DNA from: Pelomyxa schiedti
Taxonomy: Eukaryota > Protista > Evosea
Assembly (NCBI GenBank): GCA_020536535.1
Contig: JAHLWZ010000129.1
Coordinates: 1-34,247, forward strand
Reading direction: 5' to 3'
DNA: 34,247 nucleotides
In this document: piece after piece, positions 34,127 to 34,247 of the stretch
Position numbering within the stretch: the first letter of the stretch is position 1
Layout: every line of letters begins with the position of its first letter
Position numbers and translations under genes: made by a program
The notes under the pieces: model-generated
What the model saw: only the letters and a program-made list of their open reading frames with translations
What the model was told of the DNA's origin: nothing
Databases searched by the model: none

Positions 34127-34247
34127 CAAACACAGTGATCCAGGATGTCACCACTGGGGAGAGTATCACTCTCCAAGCAAAGGCAAATGTTTCACGAGTT
34201 GATGACTCCCACTATGCCAAATACATTGCCACCAAGTGTGGGATTTA
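34127..34247 (+). pseudogene. 3' remnant of tandem family copy 3
   Basis: Matches 5414-5534 with no difference seen; upstream part of copy 3 is missing. Confidence 0.8.

Noticed and set aside
1-34247. U12-type introns, tRNA, rRNA, U1/U4/U6 genes, alternative genetic code
   Set aside because: No RTATCCTT donors, cloverleaf or diagnostic motifs noticed by eye; in-frame stops are explained by short introns.

Overview
Gene-dense eukaryotic (protist) scaffold with many short, mostly 35-55 nt, GT-AG introns and two 100-N gaps. Gene content and the snRNA promoter motif suggest an amoebozoan, possibly Pelomyxa/archamoeba-like (inference only). Left arm: a MITE and a tandem array of four paralogues of an uncharacterised family, with a near-identical duplicate at the right end of the window. 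Conserved core: a Kv-type K+ channel, an actin-fold protein with a ~550-aa acidic/polyproline N-terminal extension, alpha-SNAP, a LisH-RasGEF, an ASH2L/Polycomb-like winged-helix protein, an alpha/beta hydrolase, and a minus-strand U2 snRNA - acyl carrier protein - U5 snRNA cluster that the ORF track does not show. Both snRNAs carry a TCCCATAA element about 60 nt upstream. A similar element precedes an unexplained structured segment at ~13.14-13.38 kb, a candidate new ncRNA. Right arm: a cluster of ankyrin-repeat kinase paralogues in which one ankyrin module is fused either to a PINK1-like kinase or to a ubiquitin-like + TKL kinase, with a pseudokinase, a pseudogene, a second MITE copy and a local inversion. 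Splice junctions were inferred by eye, so gene ends are approximate.
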